Shown one piece after another: positions 11,748 to 30,964 of a stretch of DNA of 64,000 nucleotides. The notes under the pieces were generated by a model. That model was not told the DNA's origin. It worked only from the letters and a program-made list of their open reading frames with translations, and did no database searches. The translations under genes were made by a program, and so were the position numbers. This DNA comes from Salpingoeca rosetta (taxonomy: Eukaryota > Protista > Choanoflagellata). The stretch is taken from the NCBI GenBank assembly GCA_033442325.1, contig JAWQFM010000006.1, positions 1,749,508 to 1,813,507 on the forward strand, read 5' to 3'. How positions within the stretch are numbered: the stretch's first letter is position 1; each line of letters opens with the position of its first letter.

Positions 11748-14700
11748 TCAGCACATGGACTCCTCGTGGTTTCCCGTGGAGGAAGGGGCTGCCATCCACT
11801 CGTGCGTGCTGGTAAGGTGCGACGCCGCCTGCGACGGTGCCGTGGCCTGTGAGCTGGCAGTTCGCGAAAACGACCCTTGCGATCCGGAGCTCGACACCTC
11901 CATCAGCGGGGAAAGCGGCTGGTTGCGCAGATCCCGCACATACGAGGACGAGCGCTGGCTGCCGGGCCCGGACGACGCCGAATATGACGACGACGCAAAC
12001 GAAGCTGTGGAATCACCGCGCTGCCCATCGTGCCCCTGTTGCTGCTGTTGCTGTTGCTGTTGCTGCTGCTGTTGCTGCGCTTGCTCCTGCTGCTGCATCG
12101 AGTCGCCGTTTGGCCGCACGTGGTCCTGGTGCCCGTGGTCAACCACAACAACATGCTGCTGCTGCTGCTGCTGCTGGGCGGACCCCTTCTTCTTGCTCTT
12201 CTTGTTCTTCGAGTGCTTCTGCTTGCCCTTGCGGTTCACAATTGGCGGGTGCACCTCCACAGATGCGTCCGCTGCCGTGGACGCCGTTGGTGCAGGGCCG
12301 CTGTGCACATCCGCTGCCGTGCCCGCGGTGGCTGGGCTGGGCGGCGATGGTGTCACCGGTGCAGTAGTCAGGTCCTCGTACGAGCCCTCAACAGAGGCAG
12401 ACGACCGCTTGCTGGCTGCCGAGGTGCGCCCGTGCTGCCCGTCGTGGTGGTGGTGGTGCAAGGGGTGCAGCAGCGTCTGGAAGTGGCGCCACAGGCCCCG
12501 ACGAGGCGCAGCATGGCGCAGCTGCACATCTGGCACAACAATCGACGTGTGCTTGTGCATCTGCTTCTTGTGGCTGCGCATGCGCCGTGTTCCGAGCGGT
12601 GCCTTCTCGTGCACTTGCGTGCTTGTGCGCTCAAACGCGTGGCGCGACAGCCGCACCGTGATCTTGTCGCCCAGGTCCGCGCACACCTTCACCACTTCGT
12701 CGAGCGTGGCGTGCTCCAGGTCGTGCCACGTCGTTGCGTTGGTGTTCTTCACCTTGAGCAGCCGCTGACCCGGCTTCACCTTGCCAGAGAGGCGGTCCGA
12801 CGTCACCTCGTCAACAACAAGGCGGCTCACGCGCGTGTTGGGGTCGTACACGTCCGCAAACAGCAAGCCGTAGTTGTCCCCTTCCTTCTGAATGTGCACG
12901 TCGTGGTGCGAGAGGTCGTCCTTCAGCGGCCACATGTGCCGATACATCACGTCCGTCACAATGCGCGTTGGCTTCTTCGACACGTGGCTGGAGCGGCGCC
13001 GCCTGGGTTTCTCCGCGCCCTCACCGCCTGCCGCCGCCTGCATGTCAGCCTCGGTCGGCATGGGCAGCCCTGCGCGCGGGAGCATTGCGCGCACGGGCAC
13101 AAACGTGGGCTTGGCGCGCGGCACGCTGGCGAAGATGCACGGGCGGTGCTTGAACCAGTTGACGTACATGCGCAGGTGGCCATACGACACGGGCCGCTGC
13201 GTGGTTGCGCGCAGCACCACCATGTTGAGCACGTCGCTCTCGGCCGCCATCACCTCCAGCGACTCCAGCGTCAGGTCCTTGCCGTGCTGATCGTTCACCG
13301 CAACAATGCGGTCGCCGCAAAACAGCAAATTCAGCGCAGAGGACCCGGCCTCCACGCCAGAGACATACAGCTCGTGATGGGCCGTCTCAATCACGTCAAA
13401 GCCAAGGCACTCTGCGTTGACGTTGCGGCGCACCTCCACCTCCTTCACAGCGAGCAGCGGGCCCTTGGTGGTACGCGCAGCCATGTCGCTCTTCGACCTG
13501 TGCTTCGTGTGCAGCTTGGGCATTGGGCCTGCGCCCGTGGTGTCGATGCCGGTGGCCTGCTGCATCTCCATCATGTTCATGGCGCCGCCCTCACCAGCAA
13601 CGGGCCGTCGCACCACCAGCTTGATCTGCAGCACGCCCAGGATGATGCGCTCTGCCTCCGCAGCCGTCAGGAACCGCGTGTCCTCGCCGCCAACCAACAG
13701 CACCTCGTCCAAGGGCTGCAGCAGCCGGTGCGCCAGCGAGCCGGCCACCGTGTGCTTGACATAGATCTTCGAGCCCAGCGACGTGAGCGAGAAGCCAAAG
13801 TCCTCGCGGAAGTCCTTGCGCTCCAGCACCACCGTGAACACGTCTCGGCCGGTCGCGGGCATGGGCGGGTACGAGTCGCGGCGGGCGGTGCGGCCATCGC
13901 CACTTTCGCCCTCTGTTCCGCTCTCGCTCGAGCGGCGCATGCTGCCGCCACTGCTGCTGCTGGTGCGGCGGCGGCGGCGGCGACGGTGGCTGCCCTTCTT
14001 CTTCCTGCCACCGGCACCGCTGGTCGATGAACGGCGTGGCCGCGGTGCTCCGCCACCACTGCCATCCAACAACACGCCATCCTCATCGTCCTCGTCCTCC
14101 TCATCATCCTCGTCCTCCTCCTCGTCCTCGTCATCATCCTCGTCATCATACTCCTCATCCTCGTCTTCTTCGTCCTCTTCCTCTTCATCTTCATCTTCCT
14201 CCATGAGGTCACTGAGGCTGCTGCGGGGCGATGCGCGCGGGGTGGATGGTCGCGCCACCCGCCGCCTGTGGTGCCGCTTGCGCCACTTCTTCCGCTCCTG
14301 CGCACGCCGGTGCTGCCAGCTGGCCACCGTGTCTGCGCGGCCACGTGCCTGGCGCCTGGCCAGAGCCACCACCACGTCGGCGTGGCTCGTGATGAACTGC
14401 TTGACGTCCTCGTGTGACCACCCCTTCACGGGCACCTTGTTCACCTCCACAATGCAGTCGCCCTCCTTCAGGCCAAAGTGCTCTGCGATCCCGCCCTCGT
14501 TCACCTTGGTGATGATGTGGCGGCCCTTGTGCGTCGTGCCAAAGGTCAGCCCAAACGGCACGTTGGACGTGCGCTGCAAGTTCACGCGGATCATCTGCAC
14601 GTGCGACTGCTTGCGGCGCTTGTGCGTGAAGAACGCAGCGTGTGCACCGGCAACGTGCTTCAGCAGCTCGTACTGCTCCATGCAGATGTTGGAGTTGGAC

Positions 14701-15994
14701 GTGGCCGTGAGCCAGTGCAGCGGGTTGTCGTCGTCCGCGCCCGGTTCCGGCAGATTAATGTCCTTCATCTCACCCGTCTCGTCGTGGTAGTTGAAGGCCA
14801 CTGTCTCAATCCACGCGTTGTCCGTGTTGCGCGGGTCGTGCAGGAGGCCACGGTACACCTCCAAGATGGCGGCGCGGCTAAGCCGTTCCTTGATCATCTC
14901 TTCCAGCGCTGCCGAGGACAGGCTCGTGCCGCCAGCACCACCGGCACCGCCCTCCGTCGTCGACGCCGCTGCCGCTGCTGCTGACGCTGTTCCAGCCTGT
15001 GTGGCTGTGACGGTCGCGGGTGTGGCTGTTGGCCCGCCTTTGTTCGTGGCGTTGGCGGCGTGCAGCTGCAGGTCCTGGGTGGACACGATGTTGGCCAGCT
15101 TGGACGCGCGCACCGTCTCTGTGCCGACCTTACCGCGGAAGGCAAGCTCAAGCGCACGCTGCATAGCCGTCTGCAGCTCCTCGCCAGGGCGGATGAACAC
15201 GGAGGGGAGGTAGCTGGTGCCTGTGACGCTGTTCTTCAGCGCAAGCACTTCCAGCACGGGGTGTTTGTCCTGCGTCACCACCTGCCCCTTGGAGTTGCGC
15301 TTCCAACGGGAGATGATCATGTGCACGGCGTGGTTTGGACCCCACAGCGCAAACATGCCGCGGCCAGCAACGCCCGTGCGCCCGTACGGGTAGAGGGGGA
15401 GGCCGCGCGGATTGAGGTCGTACAAACCCTCGTAGCTGCGGCGGTCCACCTCGTCGTCGTTGGAGTTGAAGTGGGGCAGGTCGCGGCTTCGCACACGGCC
15501 CTCGGCAATGGCCTGCAGCTCACGGATGTTGGGATCTGCGCGTGGGTGCTTGAGCACATTCGGCGCCGTGTAGAACGGTGGACGGTACACGGACACGGGG
15601 TGGCCCCAGTCTGTGTCGCTTGGCGTCGCACGGCGCACATCCTCCGTGCCAGGGTACATGCCCTCGCACACCCGGCAGGACAGCGTGGGCAGGCCAACGT
15701 CATCCGCTGGCGACTCCTGCTCTTGCTCCTGCAGCTCCTCTTCTTGCTGTTGCTGTTGCTGTTGCTGCTGTTGTTGCTGCTGCTGCTGCTGCTGGTCCAC
15801 TGCAGCATCACCGTACGAGAAGGGTGGAGACGAAGTCGCGGTGGTTGCTTCCGTCGTGGTTGCTTCCGTCGTGGTGGCGGTCGTTGTCTCTGTTGGTGCG
15901 CCGCGTTGCGTCCACTGCCCTGTGGGCGACGTGGCTTCCGCTGCCTGCACCGGGCGAGCTGGTGCTGCTCCGGCATCGTCCACGCTTCTTCGCT

Positions 15995-16025
<31 letters not shown>

Positions 16026-16859
16026 TTGTGACGCGACCATCGCGCCCGTGCTGGCTGCGCCCTGGGAGGAAGAGGCGCTGTACGAGCCATCGAGCATGGG
16101 CGTTGCGCCGTCAATCGGCGCCGGGTGCTGGCGAGCGAGCGCGCCCACCTCGGGCTGCTTCACCACCGTGAGCACAAACGACGGTGGCTGCCGCTGTAGG
16201 AGGCGGCGCACAAGCCCCGCGTTGGCCGTGTGCACGTCAAACTGCCCAATGCGAAGGATGTGGTCGTACTTCTGCAGGCCAGCGCGCTTGGCGGCGCTGT
16301 TGTTGTACACGCGCAAGATAAACGTGCCCTCCTGCGCAGCCGGGTTGGTCTGGATCTCGTTTGGGTCGCAGCTGCCCAGCACAACGCCAATGTCTGCCTC
16401 CACATCTGTTGCCTGCGGGTTTGGGCGTGTCAGTGTGCATTCGCGCGTGGGATACGCCGCAACGTGGGGCTTGAGCTTCATGTCGCTGCGCTTGTACAGG
16501 TCATATGCCTTCGGCTCATGGCGAACGACGAGCGTGACGCGGTCCATCGCCTTGGCCAGCGCCTCCTGCGCATGTGAGACCTTCACTTCCTCCATGGGCC
16601 GGCCGTTGATGGACAGAATGCGGTCGCCCTCGCGCAGGTCGCCGTTGGCGTCGGCGATGGAGTTCGGTAGGATCCTGCCGATGAAGACGGGGGCGCGGCG
16701 GTCCGTTTCGCCCAGCAGGCGCAGGCCAAGGTCCAGGGTGTTTCGCGGCTTGCGAAGGTTCACGCGGCGTGTTTCACCGGTGGAGCGCACCTCAAGCTCC
16801 CGCTCTTGCTGCGCAACGGCAGCGGCCAACCGGTCTGACCCTGCGCACGCGAGCGATGG

Positions 16860-16940
<81 letters not shown>

Positions 16941-19694
16941 TGAGTGAGTGAGTGAGTGCCTCAGTGTCAGAAGAAGAAGAAGGCAAGTGCTCGAGGGAAC
17001 GAAAAAAGGAGGAGCAGGAACAGCAAAGGCAAGGACTACGACAGAAGCGAGGAAGAAGAGGAGCGACTGCGTGCGCGTACCTTGCACGACGTCGGGCACC
17101 GGGGAGGTGTCATCAATGGGCTCGTCGATCTCGCTGCTGTTGCTGCCTGTACCCGCTGTGAACTTGGCGTGGTGGCCGTGTGACGTGCGCACGTCTCCGG
17201 ACACGGCGTCCTCCACGTCAAACGCAGAGGCAGACACGTGTGGGACTGGCATGGAACGGTCACTCATGGGCGTGAGAGGTTCACCAGAGTCCTCTGCGGG
17301 CAGTCGAGGGCTGATGCGAGGCAGGTTGGGGAACTTGTTGAAGTCGGTTTCAAGCGCCAGCACGGGCTTGCTCTGCGTGTCTGCAATGTTGCCTGCAGTC
17401 ACACGCTTCTCACGCTCATCCATGTGCACATGCAAACCTACAGCGCATGTGTGTGTTGGGGGAGGTGAGGAGTGGCACATGGGGTGCGTCGAGGTGGGTA
17501 CGCAACATGCAATATGAAGCGCGGTTGTGCAGGCACTCAACCAGACGCACATGCGAACATGTGGTACGGGAGCATGCACACAGCGAACTAAAATCCCACC
17601 CACCTTTGGGGTTGTAAGCGACTGTGATGACGGCCTGTTGCACAGCGTGCAGCTGGGCAAGCACCTCAACCACGCTCGCCTTTTCCACGCTGCGGCCATT
17701 GAGCGTGAGAATCTGGTCACCAACATGAAGATGGCTCACCTACAAGACGAGAGACGCGGCGGCACATCACAGTGCGTGAGAAGGAAACGACGCTTCTCGT
17801 GTGGGGATGGGTGAAGTAAAAAGGAAAAGGAAAGGGAAAAGGAAAACTCCACCGGATTCTCTGACAGACGCGTATACACACACATACACACAGACAGGCA
17901 CACAAAAGCACACACAGACAGACACAGACACACACACACGCAGACACACAGACACAGACGCAAGATGACATACGCGATCAGCCATGCTCTGTGGCACGAT
18001 GCGGGAGATGAAGACGCCTGTTGGGCGGTACATGTCGACGTAACCGCTGGGGCCGACAATGTCGATGCCAAAGCTGTTGTTCTGGCGCACAAGCTCCGTC
18101 TGCTCGTGGTTGGAACAACATGAGGGGAAGGGGAGGGGTGCGTGTGATGGAGAGTCAATGGAGGCCAGGCAATTCGCGCATGACAAACTGCGCGATAACA
18201 AAGCACAGTCGAACGAACAAACAAGCGAACAAGCCAAACAGGGTGATGGTGCAAACACGCGAACGTTATCATCAAAGCAATCACAACACGCGCAAGTAAA
18301 ACGTGCAAGCGCCACGCGCGCACCTCTCGAACAGACTGCGCAGCGAGGACGGGCGTGTCCTCCTGGCGCGGGGACCAGACAGGGCGATCTGTGGACTGCT
18401 GGCTGGCGGCAGCAGGGGGCGAAGTCGCCTGCTGGGACGACTGGAAGCGCGGTGGCAGCCACGACTCCGTTCGCCGCAGGATGTCAGACTTCATCACCGT
18501 CCGCGTCTGCACAAATATGTGTATGACGTGTTTGTGGCAGGGATTTGTGAGCAGGAGCGAAACTGCTTGGGGGTTACGCAGCGTGACGCACACAGGCTTA
18601 CTGGCAAACAGACTGACAGACACACAAACACACAGAAGCGTAAACGTCCCCAACACCCACCCACCCACCCACCCACCCACCCACACACGTGCGCGCGCAC
18701 ACACACCAGCTTGTATCGTGCGCCAATTTCCTCCTCGTCGGCGTCGATGCGCTGCAGACGGCGGAGCGCATCGACGTGCATGGCGACCTCAAGCTCAACG
18801 TGGTCACGCGCCTTGGATAGGGCTCCAGACACCTGCCGCACACTCCACGAGTGCGCGTCCACGCCGTTGATGCGGAAGATCTGGTCGCCGACGCGTGGCA
18901 GCTCGCTGCCGGGCCCAAGCACCTCCACCGCAGACACAAACACGCCGCTGTGCTCAGCGGGGACAACGCCTACGGAAAGGGTCGCAGCGATTGTGGAAGA
19001 CACGCAACGTGTGCCCATGCGTGAGTTAATGTGTGTGTGCGTGTGTGTGTGTGTTAAGTGTGTGAAGTGTGTGTGTGTGTGAAGTGTTTGTGTGGCGGTG
19101 AGAAGCACTGCTCGCACACGATGATGCACAACACGCGGCAGCCACGACAACGACGACAACACAGCAACAGCCAGGACAAAGTCAGTACGGCTGCAGCATG
19201 ACATGACACGCACGCACCGAGACGCTTCCCGTGACCGGTGAGGCCAATGAGGGAGATGGGGAACTGGCCGTCGACGCGGGCGAGCGTGAGTGTGCGGCGC
19301 GCGCCGAGATGCGACTTGGGGGACGTGCTGCACAGGTCATGTGCGTGCGTGTGTGTTTGTATGTGTTTGCGTATGTGTGTTTGTATGTTTGTGTGTTAAT
19401 GAGCGAGTGGGAAACAACGGATGGAAGTTCAAGAACAAAAGAAAGAAGTGTAGGGATCATACAAGGCATGGTGATAGCAGCAGACATGGGCGGGACACGC
19501 GATGGTGATGGTGACTCACGGGCGCTCTGGGATCTCCTGCTCCCGCGTCAACTTCACGCCAATGCGGTATCTGGTCAGGGCACAAGCACAACACAACATG
19601 AGGGGCAAGGCGAGACAGCAGGGAACGCATTCGATTGCACACAAATAAAACCACGCACAGGGTACAACAAGCGTGAAACACACAAGCAAATGCG

Positions 19695-19725
<31 letters not shown>

Positions 19726-19946
19726 AAAGGGTGCAGCTGTGCGTACTTTGATCGGCCAACGATAAGCGTGACCTCTTGATCACAGGCCTGCAGCTGGCGA
19801 ATCACTTCGGGGAGTGTACAGTTGGACACATCCACACCATTCACGTTCAGTAGGCGGTCAAATTGCCTGTGCATGCAAGCACAAACATGTAGAGAGACGC
19901 CATAGATGTGAGGGAGCAAAGGGGGTGGAATGTGTCATGCAATGCC

Positions 19947-19983
<37 letters not shown>

Positions 19984-20641
19984 GTGCGGCCCATGCAGCG
20001 CACCTCAGTCGCCCATCCCTGTGGGCAAGGCGGTTGGGGATGATGGCACTGATGCGAACACCAGCACGCTTGCCCTGGCAATTCAAAACAAGACGTTTGT
20101 GTGCCATGCACAAGTGATCATCAGTGACAAGGGAGAGTGAGGAGAAGGAATGCACACGGAAATAGTGTGTATGCACGGCCTCAAACGCAAGGTACTAGCA
20201 GCGAAACACCCACGCACACAGACACACAGACACACACACACTACACCCACGCACGCACCTTCTCCGCAGCCTCTGAGATGTTTGACATGGACGAATGCGT
20301 GCTGGAGCGAGAGGAGACGAGGAACCCAAGACCTTCCGTTCCGCACTTGCGCTCCAGCTGTGCAACAACACACGTAGGCGTGAGAGCAACAAACATGGGT
20401 GAATCAGAATGCGCACCAAGGTAGATTTGGAGTGGGAGCGAGCGAGTATGGGTATGGGTCACCGCAGCGTGCATGAAGTGCTTGTGGTTGCGCGCATACC
20501 TGATCCTGGTTGACGGTTGCCCAAGATTCTGTGTCGACCAGCTGGCTCTGACTTCCGCGCGTCTGAGTGGCAGTGCCGTGATGTGCAGTGCATTGGTGAG
20601 CAATGTATCCGACGTGAAGGTGAGCTTGTGATCAAAGCATG

Positions 20642-20737
<96 letters not shown>

Positions 20738-21299
20738 GCTGCAGTCGCCCCGTGAAGGACGGGTCTGCGTCCTCCGTCTGGAACTTGAGCGGACGAAGAA
20801 ACTCCTTTGGCGGCTGTGGCGTTGGGAAACACAAGGGCGAGCGTGGTCCGCGAGAACGGTGTGGTGACGATCATAATTGCAACAAAGTCACAAACACAGT
20901 GGCACGAATAAACCAACGAAAACACACACACACACACACGCACGCACACGGCACACTCACACACACACGCACGCACACGGCACACTCACACACACACGCC
21001 CACACGCACGCACGAGAGCAAACACATACGCAGAGGTCGGAGAAGCGAACATGAACGCACCGTCTCCATGGTGTCCATCATGTCTTCGATCCTGCGCGCA
21101 TTCCGGCACACGGAGCGCCACTGATCTTTTTCAAGGCGCATCACGCACACGTCCACAATGTGCGACACCTGTGGCAAGCGGTGGAGGTGTTGGCGAAGAG
21201 GAGAAGCAACACAAATCCACACATGAATGGGTGTAGGAGAAAGCAGGAGGAGCGAGGAAGGCCGAACAATCAAGAGTCACAGTTCACACACAAACACAA

Positions 21300-21332
<33 letters not shown>

Positions 21333-23415
21333 AACACACAACTCACGGATTGGAGGATGGCCATTGTATCTGCGTATGTGGCGCCGACGAGGCCGATGTT
21401 GTCGATGGAGAGAAGGCGGTCACCGGGCTGCAGTCCAGCAACAGCCGCGCGCGTGTGCGGCATTACCACAGACACAAACGATGCACCATACGGCCTGGTT
21501 TGGGTCGTCAGTAGTTGTCGCCGTGGTGGTGATGGTGGTGTTCGTGAGACAGGGCCATCAAGATGCAAGCATGCACACTCACATGCCTACAAGCAAAAAA
21601 CAAACAAACAAACAAACAAACAAACAAACAAACAAACAAACAAACAAACAAACAAACAAACAAACAAACAAACAAACAAACAAACAAACAAACAAACAAA
21701 CAAACAAACAAACAAACAAACAAACACGCAAAGGTGCCCTAACAAACAAACAACCAACCAAACACACACACACACACAAACAACCAACCAAACACACACA
21801 CAAACAAACAAACAACCAGCCAAACAACCAACCAGCCAAACAAACAAACAAACAAACAAACAAACAAACAAACAAACAAACAAACAAACAAACAAACAAA
21901 CAAACAAACAAACAAACAAACAAACAAACAAACAAAGCAAGCTTACGTTTCGCAGCCGCCGATGACCTGGAAGCCGAGAATGCCGCCTGGTTCGTGCTCG
22001 TACGGGACAATGATCACCTCGCCGCTCGTCGGTATCAGGTCGAACAGCTGCCCGCCTTTGTTCTGGCGCGCTCCCTGCACGTGTGTGAGTGGATGTGCGT
22101 GAGAGAGATAGTGTGTGTATGTGTGTGTGAATGTGTGTACAGGTGTAAAATCAAAGGAAAGCGAGGCAGAGAGAGAGAGAGAGAGACATGTTGGAGCATT
22201 TTTCGAGGGAAGACGCAGGGCTGGCATGGCGGTTGCATGCATGCAAGCACGTACCGCGACTTGTGATTGCTTCTGTCTTGTTTCCATGCGCCTGTATGCC
22301 TTTGTCGTCAAAAAGTCATGCAGTTGCGCCCTGCAAACCCACACATGCATGAGGGAAGAGACCATTGTTGAGCAGTGGAAGAACGGGGCAACATGGGGTG
22401 CATGCAAGCAATGCAGGGACATGGAGTGCATGCACACAATGCCATGCAAAAAGGCGAGCAATGGAGCAAACAGCAGCAAATGTGAAGGCGCACACACCTG
22501 TTGGCGTCGATAATCCCATAAGCAGAGCTGACCTGTAGCATGCAAAGGCATGCGAACAGGGTGTTAGAATGCAGGCAAGCATGTGTATACGAGGACCAAC
22601 AAGGTGCAGACACTGGAGCACGTGCTACCCACACAAACATAATCACAAATGAATGCACACGCACACACAAACACACAGGAGTACACACATAAACACACAC
22701 ACACACGAGTCCACACGAGTACACGCAACAGAACTGACCCTGTGCAGGGAGTTGGAGCTGTGCAGCTGCTGTGAGAGCGGCATTGACTCTGGCACGGGCG
22801 ACGTCGTCTCACTGCGCGAGCGCATGCGGTGGACGTGTCCACGCTGCTGCTGCAACGACGACGACGACGATGATGGCAGCTGGTGTGACGAGCGCCGGTT
22901 TGGTGCGTTGGACAGGCGGGCGGACAGCTCTCGCATGTCGACACCGCCGCGTGGCCGCAGGTGCTGAGGGAGACTCGACACACGCGTGAGACCACGTTGC
23001 TGTTGCTGCTGTTGCTGCTGCTGGTGACGTGGCTGCCACTGTTGCCACGGTTGCCACTGCTGCCTGCGAGCATCATCACCAAGTGTATCGGCAGCGGGCG
23101 GGGCCGGGGTGGCTGTTGCAGTGGTGGCGGCCGTGAATGACGGCGATGTAACGCTGGCGGTTGTCGCTGCTGTCTCTGCGAGCCCATCCTGCGGCCACTG
23201 CGCCTGGCGTTGCTCGTACTCTGTCTCGGGGAAGCTTCCAGAGCGCATGTGGCCCTGCTGCAGCGCTGCCGTCACAGGCACGTGTTCGGCGCCCTCCATC
23301 GCTTGCTTGGCCGCAGACGATTCCCTGTCGACCACAAACCCTTCATACTGTGGCTGCTGGTGCTGGTGCTCGTATTGCTGGTGGTATTGTTGTGGCTGCT
23401 GCTGCTGTTGGTAGT

Positions 23416-23484
<69 letters not shown>

Positions 23485-24211
23485 GATAGTGTGTGTTGTG
23501 GTGCGTGTCGGCGCTGGCTGGGGTGATGGCGGTGGGCTTGAACACGGGCGGCAGCTGCTCACCTGCGGGCAGGCGGCGCGCCTGGGCCATGGTCGCATCG
23601 GACACTGCACTCGACCCGTGCACCTCCTGCAGCGGGGCCGCGTGCGTGCGAGCTGCGGATGATGGCGGCGATGGCAGGCGATGGTGGTGGTGGTGCCCGT
23701 TGGGATGGGGGTGACGAGAGTGGGGTGGCGCTGTCTCTGTTGGTGGCGGGGCCGGCAGGCGGCGGCGGGCCGATCGCGGTGACAGCGGCTGCTGGTGCTG
23801 CACGGGCTGCTGGTGCTGCACGGGCTGCTGGTGCTGTAGTTGTGCGGTAGGGAGCACTGCCCCAAGGTCGTGCGCGGGCGCCCCAAAGTCCACCGTGCGC
23901 AACGCTGCACTCGTTGGTGGCGGCGAGGACCCATGCTGATCCATGCGCTCGATGTCGTGGCGCGTGGCGGTGGCGGTGTCGCCGCTGGCATCTGTCACGG
24001 TGAGCTCAAGCTTGGTGGTATGTGACATGAGGTTGTCCAGTAGCTCGGCGGTGAAGGCGGCAGTTGGCAGGCCGTTGATGGCAACGACGCGGTCGCCCAC
24101 ACGCAGGCCCGGGTTGGACGACACCGTGACGATGATGCCGTCATCTGTGTGGGTGAGCTGACACGGCCACGCGCCATCAGGTGCGCAGTTGATGCTGACA
24201 CTTCTTGTCAT
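11748..24211 (-). CDS. Very large multi-PDZ (~11 PDZ) scaffold with an internal NUDT9-homology (ADP-ribose pyrophosphatase-like) domain; 5' exon structure approximate
   Basis: PDZ signatures (GLGF-like loop plus GDRI/GDQI-x3-NG) at about 23990-24205, 21150-22020, 19755-20360, 18780-18970, 17605-18100, 16520-16765, 16160-16440, 14355-14590, 13605-13840, 13210-13445 and 12645-12900. NUDT9 motifs GRTGVAGRG...WGPNHA...ISRWKR and DPRNTDNAWIET..NYHDETG at ~14625-15680. The last ~5.1 kb is one open exon. Confidence 0.8.
14625..15680 (-). other. NUDT9-homology domain with a degenerate Nudix box
   Basis: Matches NUDT9 along its length (YPG, ADP, P-x-FN, GRTG..GRG..WGPNHA, DPRNTDNAW). The Nudix box reads PSVFIRPGEELQTAMQRALELAF (~15138-15207) instead of PGGMVDPGE...LKREFGEEA. 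Confidence 0.85.
21595..21936. repeat. (CAAA)n tetranucleotide microsatellite in an intron of the PDZ gene
   Basis: Two long perfect CAAA runs seen directly. Confidence 0.95.
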
Positions 24212-25419
24212 GGTCGCACACTGCTGCGTCTCTCACAACAATCGATGCCTTGCTTGGAAGGGCGCAGAAGATGTGGGGGCGGACGGGAAACGAAAGTTTG
24301 CGTTGTTTGGGCTCGTTCTATGCGGTTGCTTGTGTGAGCTTGTGTGAGCTTGCTTGCTTGCGCACTCACTCGCTCGTATTCATTCCAAGGTAAAGGGGGG
24401 ATTCCAAACTAGCTTGCTGTTGGCCTGGGGCGTGCACTCTGTCAGTCTGTCGTCGCATGTGATGCTGGACGGGAAGCGGGAGCGGCGCGGTCGTGGCTCA
24501 TGTGAAAGGGAAGCTGCGAAGACGCCGTTTGCCAGACGTAAACGAACAGCGCTCAGAGACAAAGAGCGACTCGCTTGAACCTGTACGTGCGTGCGTGCGT
24601 GCGTGTGCGTGTGCGCGCGTGTGTGTAAGCAGCAATCTGAAGGGAGAACAGCTGAGGAGAAGCAAGAAGAAGCAAAGCAACCACAAGAACGAGTCAGCGA
24701 AGGAGACGGAAGGCGTGCCGGGCGGGGGGGGGGGGACAGCCCACGAGGGGGCAAAGGGAGAGGAGCAGTTGCAACAGAGGAAGGAAACACGAAATCAAAC
24801 GTGTAGAGGCGAGAGCAACAATCAATCAATCACATCACATCACCAACACACGCACAGGTGATGAATGTGATTGGCTGTGGCAGCACGGTGGAGTCGCTGA
24901 TCGCAACCAGCACAAGAAGCACGCGAAAGAGGAGATGGAGATGTTCTTGAAGAAGAAGAAGAAGAAGGAGCACAAGAAGAAGGAGCACAAGAAGCAATGG
25001 AGAGAGGCTGAGACAGATGGAGATGGAGCCAACAGAAGCAAAGCAAAGAAGAGGAAAGCGATCGAGCCCAACGCAGCTCCCAACAACCGCAGGCAGCAAC
25101 CGCAGCAGTTTGATTCATCAACCCATCCACGCACGAACCACCAACCAAATCCATGCATCCGCACCTGTCTGTGTCGCCTTGCTTGCTTGCTGGCTTGTCT
25201 CGTTGCTTCTGCTGCTTCTGGCTTGCGTGGAGCACACGCTGATCGCTTCCCAACAAGCACACGCACAAGGCGACAGAACGCAACAACGACTGTCAAAACT
25301 GAATTCAGTCTCGTGTCCGGAAGAGGCCGAAGGAAGGCAAAGGAGAAAGGAAGGCAAAGGAGAAGGAAGGCAAAGAGGAAGCACAGAAAGAGCTGAGCAC
25401 TTGCACTGTGTCACACACC

Positions 25420-30964
<5,545 letters not shown>

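Noticed and set aside
11748-11762. C-terminal Cys of the PDZ protein as a CaaX prenylation site
   Set aside because: The Cys is the last residue, not fourth from the end.
12030-14030. 666-aa plus-strand ORF and other long antisense ORFs (e.g. 32723-34213)
   Set aside because: Shadow frames of GC-rich coding exons on the opposite strand.
16860-17726. The 1992-aa ORF as a single uninterrupted exon starting at 17726
   Set aside because: Its N-terminal part reads through two introns (~17450-17602 and ~16842-17080, the latter with a CA repeat) and starts in the wrong frame of PDZ5.
21595-21936. Regular repeat array considered as CRISPR-like or telomeric
   Set aside because: Simple (CAAA)n with no unique spacers, intronic, and no cas genes nearby.
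24935-25396. Lys-rich ORF MEMFLKKKKKKEHKKK
   Set aside because: Purine-rich low-complexity sequence in the divergent promoter/5' UTR region between the PDZ and BRAT1-like genes; no recognisable domain.
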